Part shown: positions 1 to 11,954 of the stretch, piece by piece
Layout: the number at the start of each line of letters is the position of its first letter
Position numbering within the stretch: the first letter of the stretch is position 1
Source: Phoronis australis
Taxonomy: Eukaryota > Animalia > Phoronida
Length of the DNA: 64,000 nt
Direction: 5' to 3'
NCBI GenBank assembly: GCA_002633005.1
Contig: NMRA01000672.1
Coordinates: 47,119 to 111,118, forward strand
The notes under the pieces: generated by a model
What the model saw: the letters and a program-made list of their open reading frames with translations, nothing else
Database searches by the model: none
What the model was told of the DNA's origin: nothing
Translations under genes and position numbers: made by a program

Positions 1-25
1 AACTAAATAATCAGAAATTCCTTAC

Positions 26-307
26 TCCAAACCGTCAGATCAAAATCCGCATCATCTTGCCCAGCCTCATTCTTTGCAATGCAGGTGAAGCGTGCCGTGT
101 CGCTCTCCTGAGCACGGCGAATTTCCAGTTTGCTGCCACCAAAGAGAGCCTTGTAGCGGGGATGAGGGAAGGCAATTTCTTGCCCGTTCTGCAGCCACGT
201 GATCTCCGGGGAAGGGATACCGCTGGCAGGGCAGTCGATGATAGCAGTGCGATTGACGATCACCTTGGGTTCCTGGTCCAACGATGATTTGTCAATGGTT
301 GGTGGTA
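26..307 (-). CDS. HMCN1: Hemicentin exon 30 (Ig16)
   Basis: VPPTIDK...IDCPASGIPSPEITWLQNG...DTARFTCIAKNEAG...LTVW; donor A|GTAAG. Confidence 0.93.
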
Positions 308-1264
308 CTGAAAATAAGCAAGGCTTGCAATGACTAATGACAAAAAAGAGGAAATTTTTCCAAATGATGTATCATTCCACAAAAGGCTTATGTGATAAAA
401 ACATTTTTGTGTGAGTTGTAAAATTTAATTGAAATAAATGCTTTTGCATGAATAAAGTCAAAATAAGTACAACAAAGTGACGAATATAGAGGGAACTGCA
501 AATCAAATTCTAAACCAAAAAAGATCAAATCCTCTTAAAAGAGGAAAGCTCAGAATAAAACATACTCTCAACTGTTTGCTCTGACCTTTTGCAAAATAGT
601 ATAGTAATTCACATATTATGAGCAAAATTAATTGCCAAAATTCTCATTCTCTTTATTTTTAAAGGCGGGTTACTGTAATTCAGATATTAGAAATTAAATA
701 TTATTTTATGACATCCGCACACCAACAACAGGTTGAAATTTTCTCAACATTCATTTTTGCTAAGAAATTTGACAATAAAATCTTACTTCAATAAAATCTT
801 ACTTGTCCAGCATGAGCTTAAAAACAGAAGAATTACGACATCTCGGTGATAACATTTGCCCCAATTCCAGTTGTAACTGCTATACTTAAGCTGGTATAAT
901 GGCCTATGCTTTGCGATCTTTCCACAATGTCTAGAAACCGTACCTCACGTGATACTAAAAATCTTACTTGGGAGCCCAGTTGTGCAACACACAGGCAGGT
1001 ACCAAAGAAAATAGAGCATTGATCCCTATCGTCTTGCTAAATCAAATGAAGTCCATTCAAACAGCTTAAAAACAGCACGATGTAACATCCAATTCCTACA
1101 ATCCAACATTTCACCCATTGGTTTCTAATTAGGTCAGGTACAGACCAAAGCAACAATATCCTTTTGGCTGGAGATTTTCATTTAAGGTAGGGACAACATC
1201 AATAATATTTGCGTTCCTTTTCAAACAAACTTCATCAAAGCGCAAGGATCTCATCACTACTCAC

Positions 1265-1549
1265 CCAGAACATCCAGTTTGAAGTCTACCTGCGAGTCGC
1301 CAGCCTCGTTGGACGCTCGGCACGTGTATATACCCGTATCGGAGACCTGAGCGTTGCTTATCTCCAACTTTAGGCCCTGCTGGAGAACACGGAGGTTGGG
1401 TTGGGCCTGCAAGTCCAGAGTGCGGTCATTCTTGAGCCAGACGATGCGTGGAACAGGGATACCAGTGGCTGGACAGTCGATGACTATTGTCTGGTTGACG
1501 ATGACTTTAGGGTTGGTGTTGATGCCCGTCATAAGGATAGACGATGGTA
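1265..1549 (-). CDS. HMCN1: Hemicentin exon 29 (Ig15)
   Basis: VPSSIL...IDCPATGIPVPRIVWLKN...DTGIYTCRASNEAG; phase 1-1. Confidence 0.93.
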
Positions 1550-1940
1550 CTAGGAAAAAGAGTGGCAAATGTAAACATTTCTACAGAGGAATCGCTACAT
1601 TTACACTTTTCTTCGATATTTACAAATCAACACTTGGCAATTTATTTCAAATTGTAAGAAAAGCAAGTCTGCAGGCAATATCGGCAGTTCAGAAATCGAT
1701 AATAATCACTTGCAGGTGACCCAGATTTTGTGCAATTATAGCACATTCAAGTTTGAGCATGCAATACACACATAAAAAATGTCTTGCAATAAGTAATCTG
1801 CACGCAACTTTATTACTTAACTCACCAAATATTGTGGCAACTCTAAAATACATCGCCACGTCGTGCACCTTTTTGGTTCCAAATCAGCAAAACCAAAACA
1901 AGTACAAGAACACTCATTATCAACCACACAACCTTCTCAC

Positions 1941-2222
1941 CATAGACATCCAAATCAAAGTCCAAATCCGTCTGCCCAGCTTTGTTCGTGACCAGACAAC
2001 GATACGTATCGGTATCGGTGACTTGGGCACTGCGTATTTTCAGTTGCCGTCCTCCCGACAACAAGTCGACATTCTGATTGGTCAGATCTAGCACCTCGCC
2101 ACCCTTCAACCATATGATCTCTGGCGGAGGGTTGCCAGCAGCGGGGCAGTCGATGGTGATGGAGTTGTTGACGACGACAGAAGGGTTGGTGATTACGTTG
2201 TCAGTGTTGATGTACGGAGGTA
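1941..2222 (-). CDS. HMCN1: Hemicentin exon 28 (Ig14)
   Basis: VPPYIN...IDCPAAGNPPPEIIWLKGG...DTDTYRCLVTNKAG...LDVY; phase 1-1. Confidence 0.93.
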
Positions 2223-2808
2223 CTGTAATAGAACACAACACATGGTGAATCAAAAAATATGCTTCATTACAAATTAAAGTCTGTCGCAAGATAGTTTCCA
2301 AAGATAAAAAGAAGACGTGGGTTGGCAAAATAAAGGTCATTTAATATGACAAAACGGTCAGTAGTACAAAGTTTTCAAATGTTTTAAGGTAACCTCTTCA
2401 GTGTCTGCTTGTTTTCCAAGAAGTCTCTCAACAACAGTCGATGTTAACGCTATGTCACAAAACACAGGATTCCAACTCAAGCCTCACATACGAGTGCCTG
2501 TAGTCCAGACCACCTATTGGCACCAATTGTATTAAGCAATACATACACAGAAGTGGGGATTGCATTACACATGCGGGACGAAAAACAGATTAGAAACACA
2601 AAAGCTGGAGACCATATTAATCTTTCTTTATCTGGTTTCGCAGCAAAAGAGACTCCACACCACAATACTAAGGTGTCACAAAGGAATGACACAAGAAATC
2701 TGTAGATGTCAGTAACCACCATGAGCAAAAGAGAAACAAAAGACCAGTAATAATGTTAAGCCTCTTGATACTATCATTTCATGCATAATAAGCAAAAAAC
2801 AGACTGAC

Positions 2809-3021
2809 CGAGGACTTTCAAATCAAAGTATTTCTCAGCATCTCCAGCTTGATTCACTGCCCGACAAACATAGCGAGTGGCATCTGAGACCTCAGCAGCC
2901 GTGAGGCGTAACCTTTGACCTCCCTCCAATATGAAGACGCGCTCCAAGAAGGAGTTCCCACTGAAGCTGACAGTATTGGGGTTGGCAACAACGTCACCAC
3001 GAACTGGGCCTCGGTCAGGGG
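2809..3021 (-). CDS. HMCN1: Hemicentin exon 27 (Ig13 second half with RGD loop)
   Basis: tttccag acceptor; APDRGPVRGDVV...GGQRLRLTAAEVSDATRYVCRAVNQAG...LKVL; phase 1-1. Confidence 0.85.
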
Positions 3022-3341
3022 CTGGAAACAATTCCATACGACATCAAACGAGCATTTACAAATTAATAAGTTTTTATTCCACAAGTGTTTAGTGACCCTT
3101 AGCAATACAAAAAATCTAAAACCATAATAATGTGTATCCCAAATATTTCTAAGCCTGGTCAGCACGCCACCAGTGGCAACATCAAGTTAGAAACAAAAAT
3201 TATCATGCAGTGTAACCTACAATACAAAACTGTCAGCTTATCGATAGTGTCAAACGCGTTTGTGAAATCAAGAAATAGGTTAGTTTTCTCTAGTCACTGA
3301 CATGTTGCTCTTAATCAATAGCATCCACAATGTATATTCAC

Positions 3342-3479
3342 CAGTGATTTCCACATTGTCCTTGTACCATCGTATCCTGGGGTGAGGGATACCTGTCGCA
3401 GGGCACAGTAAGTCAATGCTGTCACCAACCACCACTTCAGGAGTCGCTACTTCATCAGAGTTGGCAATAATCGGGGGAA
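3342..3479 (-). CDS. HMCN1: Hemicentin exon 26 (Ig13 first half)
   Basis: Hand translation VPPIIANSDEVATPEVVVGDSIDLLCPATGIPHPRIRWYKDNVEIT; donor G|GTGAAT; phase 1-1. Confidence 0.9.
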
Positions 3480-3876
3480 CTGCAATGACATGAATGTTCT
3501 GTTAACTGCCCAAAAATACCTCCATGTTTAGAACATTCCCCCACTGCGTTTACTGGAAACCACAACTGCCAATGACTCTTTGAAACAATAACTGGAATTC
3601 CATCTTAGTAAAAGAGGCTTTGTTACAACCAAAAGGACAAAATCATTAAACAGCATAACTCAGTCAGACAACTGAGGATTCTGTGGTAACGTAATACCAC
3701 TTCTGTGAAACGAAAAGTTCAAATGGAACAAGTCAACAATATTTTTCACAATACTGACTGACAGGAAGGACAGCGCTCTAATCCCACATCCTCAGGGTAA
3801 GTGGTGAAGCAAATTAAACAGAAAACCTGTTTTATCGCAACTTAAGAAGAAACAATTACGCTTATCCATAACTTAC

Positions 3877-4164
3877 CCTGCACAGCCACCTCAAAGATCT
3901 TTGTCTGTTCACCAGCTTCGTTCTTCACCACACACGCGTACCGTCCTGTGTCATCCACGGCTGTAGCCACGAATACCAGGCGTCGGCCACGGTCTTCCAA
4001 CGACACATCAGGATCAGCATCGACATCCAGCGGACGGCCATCTTTGTACCACGTGATCGTGGGCGGGGGTGTACCAACAGCAGGGCAGTGGACAGTCAAG
4101 GGGTTGTCCTTGATGACAGTGATGTTCCGGCCTGATGCTTTGGATTCATCAATTTTCGCAGGAT
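3877..4164 (-). CDS. HMCN1: Hemicentin exon 25 (Ig12)
   Basis: DPAKIDE...HCPAVGTPPPTITWYKDG...DTGRYACVVKNEAG; phase 1-1. Confidence 0.93.
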
Positions 4165-4449
4165 CTGTTGTTAATGAGCAATGATTGTAAAAACGGAAAT
4201 GTTATCTATCCAAGAGAATGTTTAAGACGATACAAAACATTACAAATAATTGAAACGATGAAAACAACTAGAGTGGAGGCGACACATTGTTGCATTAATT
4301 ATCATCCATAATCAAATAATTATAATACTCAGAAGAAATCTTGTTTGTCTTAATTTTGTAAGAAAATTCTCAAGACACAGAAATGAAATTGCAGGCTCTC
4401 TAGAAATGAAGATACCAAAGTTGATGCTTATCAATAGAAGCAGACGTAC

Positions 4450-4625
4450 CTAAGACATCAACATCCGTGTTCTTCTGGGTTGACCCCGCCACATTCTCCG
4501 CTATACACCTGTATCGTCCTTTGTCACTCAACTTGGCCTTGAGAATGGTGAGCGTCTTGCCGCGATGGGAGACTTTTAAATGGCCTTTCTCGGCAGCAAG
4601 ATCAATAGGCTCATTATCCTTGTAC
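4450..4625 (-). CDS. HMCN1: Hemicentin exon 24 (Ig11 second half)
   Basis: YKDNEPI...DKGRYRCIAENVAG...VDVL; phase 2-1. Confidence 0.92.
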
Positions 4626-5346
4626 CTTAGGTCGTAAAAAAAACATGAACTTTTCAACATTTTGCAGCTGCTTTAGTCAAAAATGTAATTAATGATTCTC
4701 TGGAGAATATTTACCGTGTGATAATGAAAATGAAATGATCAATACAACATTTAAAAGGTTTGTTACTTTATAGTCCAGTTTTGCCAAATTCTGTTTGATG
4801 TTGAAATATGGGCTGCGTTATGCACGTCAAGTTTCTGCGAGAAAAGCAAGAGATCACCATGGGATAAAAGCAAAGCAATTAAGTGCTCACACTAGTTTTG
4901 GTCGCGAGTGTCTTTTGTCAACACAAAGTATCACACAACACAAATGGCATTAGCCATGACGTTAAAATTTATCAATAGTTACTGTAGTTTGTAATGGCAA
5001 CAAAAAGCAAAATCAATTTTCCATTCTGGGACTGGGGCTATTCAGCACCCACAAGGGGGTGATTATCTCAGTTCTCAGCCACGACCATGAACTCTTAGTA
5101 AGCTGTGTTTAAGTTACACAGTCCAACTGGGTTTACAAAGAACTACTTTTACTGACCTTGCGTGTCAATTTCTAAAGACATATTGATTGTGAATGACACC
5201 CATGATTTAAACATTAAAAATTCTAAACTACTATGGGGACTAGTGTCAGACCCCCTCAAAGCCAAAAATGCTATCTCATTGTATCCACTATGGAAGAATC
5301 TTTACCATGCTCATATGGCATTATCAAGCCTTGAAAGGAGACCTAC

Positions 5347-5479
5347 CATGTGATAGTTGGGAGTGGGAGGGCAGTGACAGGGCAGTTGATGGAGAGGGAA
5401 TCGTTGACGACGACCTTCATCTTGTCTACGTCACACTCGCTGGGGTCTTCACACTCGTCGCCACCGAAACGAGGCTTCA
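5347..5479 (-). CDS. HMCN1: Hemicentin exon 23 (Ig11 first half)
   Basis: KPRFGGDECEDPSECDVDKMKVVVNDSLSINCPVTALPLPTITW; phase 1-2. Confidence 0.9.
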
Positions 5480-5773
5480 CTAGAGACAAGCATTCAAGAA
5501 AGAAGAAATCATTACAGGGCTTTTCCTTTCCTATCTTTATCAGGTAACTGTCATGTAAAGGATTTTGAGAACCAGTTTTGTCCACTTAGTAACACGCATC
5601 AAACTGGTTCTCAGGACATCTACCAAGAAAATTTACTTTTTGTTAACGTACTTATTGTAAAGAAATCACCAAAGAGCATTTGCAAAAAGTTGAAAATTAA
5701 CTATTTCAGTAATTAATAACTGCTTTTATTTGTCTTAAATAGATGACCTTCAACCTTAATGAATTATACTTAC

Positions 5774-6049
5774 AGTAAATAACCAAGTCGACGATGTTTG
5801 ACCCAGTGCCAGCAGGATTGGTGGCGATACACTTGTATGTTCCGCGATCCGACGCTTGAGCCTTGGTCACCTGCAGAGATCCATCCTCCAGGAATCTTAC
5901 TCCCAGCTCATTTCCCGTCAAATGTTCGCCATTTTTGTACCAAGTAATGATGGGCCTGGGCGTTCCCTTGGCCGGACAGATCAACACAACTGACTGACCC
6001 TCGATGACGCTGGAGTTCTTGGGAACATTCGAAGGGAAGAACGGAGGTT
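5774..6049 (-). CDS. HMCN1: Hemicentin exon 22 (Ig10)
   Basis: EPPFFP...LICPAKGTPRPIITWYKNG...DRGTYKCIATNPAG; phase 1-1. Confidence 0.93.
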
Positions 6050-6437
6050 CTGTAAAGAGGAAAAACTGCTTCATCCATTTAAGAATCTGGTTTAAAAATT
6101 AACATGGAGCTGGTGATTGTACTAGCTTGAAATGAGATCGTTCTGATGTCCACCAAGGCCTAGTTACAAACAAGATTATCCACTAGCAGTTTATCGTGAG
6201 ATGTTGCCAACCCACAAGTGGTGAGATAAAGTGAACCTTCTTAGAATAAAGGTTGTAAGCAAGTGATGAACGAGTTTACCTTAGCGTTTCACAAGTGACA
6301 AATAAATGAAGTTTGCGGGCGTTGAATCATCTCGTTAATGAAATCAATGAGTTTCATTTGGTAAGTGCTTTCATCAAGATGACAGCCTACAGTAACAAAG
6401 GAACAGTAAAGAACAACAAAAGAACGTCTCAACACAC

Positions 6438-6719
6438 CGTGTATGATAAGCTCCACGCTCTGCTGAGTCTGGCCAGCCGGGTTCTTGGCTACGCACACAT
6501 ACGTTTCCGTATCTGACAGTTTGGCTTCATTAATGACAAGTGATCCATTGCGCTTGATGGAGATGCCTCGGATGAGGTGCTCCACAGTGACATACTCTAG
6601 CCCCCTCTGCCAGCTGATAACAGGGTCGGGCAGTCCAATAGCCTGGCAGTCGATCACCACACGATCACCACGCATCTTGATAATCTGTTCTGGCATTACA
6701 GTCACTATGGAGGGAGGCA
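6438..6719 (-). CDS. HMCN1: Hemicentin exon 21 (Ig9)
   Basis: PPSIVT...KMRGDRVVIDCQAIGLPDPVISW...DTETYVCVAKNPAG; phase 1-1. Confidence 0.93.
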
Positions 6720-7185
6720 CTGAAATGGGCCAATCACAGTTAAAGTCAATGTGGAGGGTCAGGTTACAGGTCAAAATGAAGTACTTATACAGAGGCAGAT
6801 CAGAAGGGGGTTAGTTTTGGTCCAGTAAAATCCAAATTTTTTAGTAATATGAAATTTAAAATGAAATAAGTGTTCTGTCAAACTACTCAAAACTGACCAC
6901 ATATTACCTAAACCAAGCGCTCAGCCAAAATGCTTATGTTTTAAAATAACTGAAATCTAAAAATTTCAAACTGCTGCCTGTTAACGCGTTTTGTAATGTA
7001 TAAAAAACATCAAGCATTTTCGAACAATTCTGCACGTTGAGTGCCCCAAGATATGAACAAGTGGCATCTCACAAGCTGTACAGCTCAAACACTTCACAGC
7101 AACTTATTTATACATTTTTAGTGACTTATTCACAGTAATCAAAGACAATCAGCAAACATAGCCCCACGCATCAAACACCCCTTAC

Positions 7186-7290
7186 ATTGAACGGTGAGCG
7201 ACATCTGTTTTGTGGCGGATCCAGCAACGTTAGTGGCTTCACATCTCCATCGACCAGAGTCTGACTTCGCCACCTTGCTGATGATGAGAT
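7186..7290 (-). CDS. HMCN1: Hemicentin exon 20 (Ig8 second half)
   Basis: Hand translation NLIISKVAKSDSGRWRCEATNVAGSATKQMSLTVQ; aag acceptor, GTAAG donor; phase 1-1. Confidence 0.88.
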
Positions 7291-7994
7291 CTTGAAAATA
7301 CACGAAGACGTGAAAACCCGAGAAAATGAATATCTAATGATAAACTCAAACATGAAGGAAAGTCAACATCTAGCAACGAATTCTATTCTGTTTCGACAGT
7401 GAAAAATTATTTTGCTCAAGGTTAGAGCCTGCACCAATTTTAAAAATAGGGAATATTGGCCATTTCATATTCAAGAAATACAATCTATAACAAAATATTA
7501 TTACTATGGGACCACACACAAAAGTTGCATTGACAGGTATTGTTGACTTCCAAGTCTATCTTCAGACTATGTTGATACACAGAGCCCAGTATTTGAAGAA
7601 TATGATGAAAAGCAAAATCGTTCATGTCCCAAACTTCAGAAGAAAATCAAATTTCAGCATGAATTACATTGTCTCAAACTGAAATTCTTGAAACTGTCCC
7701 AAACTGGAGAAATTTATCCGGAGCATGATAAATACATTTTACTCATGACCCCCCCCCTCATTAAAATTTGAGTGCAATGTTTAGGGGTATCAAGCTCACT
7801 CAAATAAAAACTATATTGCGCAGTGGTGCACACCAGTCAAGTCGCTCCTTGCGTTGCTCAGGCAGACAACTCAGCAGAGGTTGGACATATAAACAAAGGA
7901 ACAGCAGTTGCACTTTGAGACACTTTTGTATTCTGATGCGTAAAGTTCTATTTTTAATGACGAGTTTAGTTTTTATGGCCAACAGTGTCTAAAG

Positions 7995-8155
7995 TGGGCA
8001 GGAAAGAATGTTGCCACCAACAGGCAGTAGTTACTACTGATCCCCATGTCTGTCCCTTTATCCCCAAAGACAAAAGTCCAGGCTCTGTGATGAGTGACTA
8101 TTGCAATCCCAACTAGTCAGAAGCATTCATTGTTGTATGATGGGAAATGAGATGC
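7995..8155 (+). repeat. Dispersed ~160 bp repeat (also ~24345-24505 and ~27033-27200)
   Basis: Shared caggaaagaatgtt, caggcag, aaaagtcc, aatcccaact, agaagcattca and tgggaaatg. Confidence 0.65.
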
Positions 8156-8314
8156 AGCAGACAATGTAATTATAAACGTTTGTTACGTTCAACATCACTG
8201 TTCAGTGGTTGCCAAGTTCCTCATCAAAACAGTGTGTTTCGAGAACCAGCTTTACACATTTCCAAGAATTTTCAGAGGACATAGCTATTTTCAAACTGGT
8301 TTTGCAAAACTTAC

Positions 8315-8482
8315 TTCCAGTTTCTAGCTGTATGTAATCCTTGTCATCAGTGGTGACCTGTTTGTCATTGCGGTACCACTCGATGTCTGCTTTTGGTATG
8401 GCGTAAACAGGACACTCCAGGACAACTGACTCGTTGACAATGGCAACGTAGTTCTCATTCCCGGGAGTAATCTCGGGTCGCA
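8315..8482 (-). CDS. HMCN1: Hemicentin exon 19 (Ig8 first half)
   Basis: VRPEITP...LECPVYAIPKADIEWYRND...LETG; phase 1-1. Confidence 0.92.
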
Positions 8483-8902
8483 CTGCAAAGCAAACATAAC
8501 ATTGTACAAACTTCTCTCATATAGTAACGATGAGCTAACATTGTTAAAATAGAACATTTTATTTTAACTCTGGAGTGACTTGCCATTTTTATCGAAAAAT
8601 GCACAAAAACGTGGCACACTTTGTTTGGATTTCATTGCTATATTACCAAATATTACTTTGATGAAAATCTGGCCAATGACAGCTACACATTCTATTCAAA
8701 TTAATAATGAAGAAATGAAACAATAGAGACACTCACAGCAAAACTTTAAATGACATCAGATTCCTAATATTTTCAGATAAAGACCATGAGAGAAACAGAA
8801 AGAGAAAAAATAGAGCAATTTGAACAAATACAGTAAATTCCAAGGAATTCTTTTTGCACAATGTTAGAAAATTTAACAATAATCCTTCGTAAAGCATCCC
8901 AC

Positions 8903-9062
8903 CTCTCACAAACAGTGTCATATCTTTTCTCTCTTCCCCTGCCACGTTGGTCGCTGTACAGATATAAGTAGCAGTATCCTGCGGGTCAGCGCTGAAGATC
9001 TCTAGAGAACCATCTTCGCTAATGATGTAGCGTACATCTAGAAGCCCAATGGGGGCGCCGTT
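8903..9062 (-). CDS. HMCN1: Hemicentin exon 18 (Ig7 second half)
   Basis: NGAPIG...DGSLEIFSADPQDTATYICTATNVAG...LFVR; phase 0-1. Confidence 0.92.
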
Positions 9063-9543
9063 CTGGAATGACGGACACATGTGAAAGTTACAACACATTT
9101 GTCGAAAGCGTTCACGAGTGTATAATGTGGACTCGTTATATTATACATAAATTACTTATTATTATTATTCCCCTTTTTCACCTTTCCATTTAGCCCACGA
9201 CAACTGTGTTGCTCAGTATAATGAAGTTATTTTCCAGCCGTTTCACTGGCTGATATAGTCACATGTATTAGTCCATTTGACTTGGGTTCGGCCATTTCAA
9301 CTTCCACACATATCTAACCTTTGCAACTGACCCTTTCACCAACATTTACAGAGAAATGCACAACTTACTAAGAGACACCAATGAGTATTCTATTTACTGA
9401 TTAAATTAAGATCACCGATGAAACAAAAAAAATCAAATGGAAATCACCACAAAAAGACCATTTACTGTGTTTTGTTCCACTGTCTGTAAACAAGGAAAGT
9501 TGCCATTTTTATAACACGCTGTACATGAAATCATTCAACTCAC

Positions 9544-9662
9544 CTTCGTCCACTGTATCATAGGTCTGGGTTCACCAATGGCATCACATGGTAATGTCAC
9601 AAAGTCACCCATGTTGACAACGTAATCAAGTTTACCATCAATGTCAGCAATAGAGGGAGGCA
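9544..9662 (-). CDS. HMCN1: Hemicentin exon 17 (Ig7 first half)
   Basis: Hand translation LPPSIADIDGKLDYVVNMGDFVTLPCDAIGEPRPMIQWTK; phase 1-0. Confidence 0.92.
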
Positions 9663-10421
9663 CTGTAAGCAAAGAATTTGCCATTTCAATGCTACACACC
9701 TAGACTGATGGTGTGGAATGAGTCTGACAACAGACAACACGACAATTGTTCGGTAGTAAAAAGTACATATGGGTCATAAATCGATGAATTTAAGGCAAGA
9801 AAACAGGCAAAAGCCCCTGAATTCAAGAATATCCCAATGTTAATCTAGCATTATCTTTGTGTGTTAACGCAACAAATCGTATCTGTTTTTTCATCTTTCC
9901 ATCTCCAACAAATGATATTTTGGCTACAGGAACATGTTATTACGGTAAACATGCACCACATTGGGACAGTTTCTACAACTTGGGACACTGCAATTCATGT
10001 CGAAATTGAATTTTCTTAATTCTGAAGATTGGGGCATCAATGATTTTGGTATCCATTCAACAATTGGACACAATTATTGGACACAGCATTTAATTGTATC
10101 ACCAGTGACTGAAAATAGACTTGGTTATTCATAAAATCAATGAACATGGCCGCCGACGCAACGTTTTTATGTGCTCTCATAGTGTGTAAGAATAACAGTG
10201 AATGATCGTTTGTCGTTGATCGTAATTCTTGAATTTGGGATGACCATTGCTTGATTCTAAAACTTGACACAAGTTCTTATCTTACCACAATAATTCGATT
10301 TTAGCTGTCCCAAACTGGAGAATATTTACCAGAAATTTACAGCAAACTTTTAGTACTAGACCACTCACACTTGTCATTACTATTTTGCAAATACCGACAG
10401 CAGAAATCCTCAAGTACTTAC

Positions 10422-10700
10422 GCTGAACATTCAACGTTATGTCAAACGACGCTTGCCCGCCCACGTTGCTAGCATGACAAGTGTACGTCGCTTCATCCCG
10501 TGGCCTCGCATTCGAGATCTCCAGAGAGTTGTCGGGTAGGATTGTCAGGTATGGATCCGAGTCGACATTAAGTACCTGGTTATTCTTATACCACGTGATG
10601 CGAGGCTTGGGGAAACCGGAGACGACGTTACAGGCCAATATGGCCGTCTCTCCAAACACCACATCAATGTACGGATTGGTGAAGGATATTGCAGGGCGGA
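10422..10700 (-). CDS. HMCN1: Hemicentin exon 16 (Ig6)
   Basis: VRPAISF...ACNVVSGFPKPRITWYK...DEATYTCHASNVGG...LNVQ; phase 1-1. Confidence 0.93.
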
Positions 10701-11512
10701 CTGAAATGATTGATTTTCAACATCAAATATGTAAGGTGGCGCCACCGCAGCAAACATTACAAGAATGTACAGGCTGGTTCAGAGTAGGTATCATTTAGCT
10801 AAAAATCAATCACTACAGTCCAAGAAAACGTATCAATTTCTATAGTACCTATACCAAAGTTTCCCAAAACATGACAAACTAACAAACATGGCTGCCATGA
10901 TAACTGAAATGCAGAGATCTGAATTAACAATTCATCTAACCATGATTGAATAAGGGACAATACAAATTTACTGGCAAACAGATCACTTTTTAAGAGCAGT
11001 TAGCAGATAATTCTCAATAATCTTAAGACAGCACATACACCATAAAACTGCTGCCAATAATGCTATCTTCCATCAGTATGCTACTGTTCAGAGCACCGGT
11101 CTTAATGGCCACTTTCCGAATACAGCGAAAACGTGACGAAATATGCACTGTCGTCAGGTGGCGCTAACATAGTTGTTTGACAGCATTCTACATTCTTGTA
11201 TGGATTTAATCCAGTGGTATATTTCCCAGCATTTTCATAAAATTCACAATAATTCTTTGAGGCCATCATGCCATCAAATAGTCACTTTGGTGTGACGGGA
11301 TGTTCAGACAATTCACATAAAAATACGGTATCTAACAACTTAAAATGACTATGAATGAAAGTTGTTTCATTTCATTCATATGTACGCAAAATTACTAGAA
11401 TTAGAAAGTAGGCCAAGAGAAATGGGCTTTTGTGCTCTCATAAATGCTGTAGCATGGTATGTCGAGCGTTTTCAAGTTCACTAGTCAGTAACGAGCTGGT
11501 CCTTAAACCTAC

Positions 11513-11608
11513 CTATACCAGTTACAGTCACAGGGGCCGACTTGTCCTCTTTTCCAAACTGATTCTTTGCACTACAGACGTACCAACCGCCATGTTCTTT
11601 TTGGATAT
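11513..11608 (-). CDS. HMCN1: Hemicentin exon 15 (Ig5 second half)
   Basis: Hand translation NIQKEHGGWYVCSAKNQFGKEDKSAPVTVTGI; phase 1-1. Confidence 0.9.
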
Positions 11609-11768
11609 CTGCAGACAACAAAGAATGTCACATCACAATCCTGGGAGCCGTTTCACCACTTAAGACAACGTATTAGTACACCATTGCTATTAATGAAACA
11701 TTGGGTTCAAAAATAAAAGTAATTAGTCTGGACTACTTTAACGATCTTGCCATTAACAAATATCTTAC

Positions 11769-11954
11769 TTCTTATAAGCAGACTGTTGTCGGCTTGTTGT
11801 TCAAAGTGTTTGCTTCTGAAGTCGATTGCCGCACCGTCCTCGCGGCGCCAGTTTATCTTGGGTGTTGGGTGACCAATGGCGCCACATGACAGCTTAATGC
11901 TCTGTAGGATGTCGACACTGCCACCTGTTGGGGCCTGGATAATCTTGGGTGCAG
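11769..11954 (-). CDS. HMCN1: Hemicentin exon 14 (Ig5 first half)
   Basis: APKIIQAP...LSCGAIGHPTPKINWRR...SLLIR; phase 1-1. Confidence 0.92.

Noticed and set aside
8733-8902. Hydrophobic read-through after exon 18 (VFVQIALFFLFLFLSW)
   Set aside because: Derived from a T/C-rich low-complexity intron tract and separated from the Ig domain by unpatterned sequence. It also shows that such tails can arise by chance.
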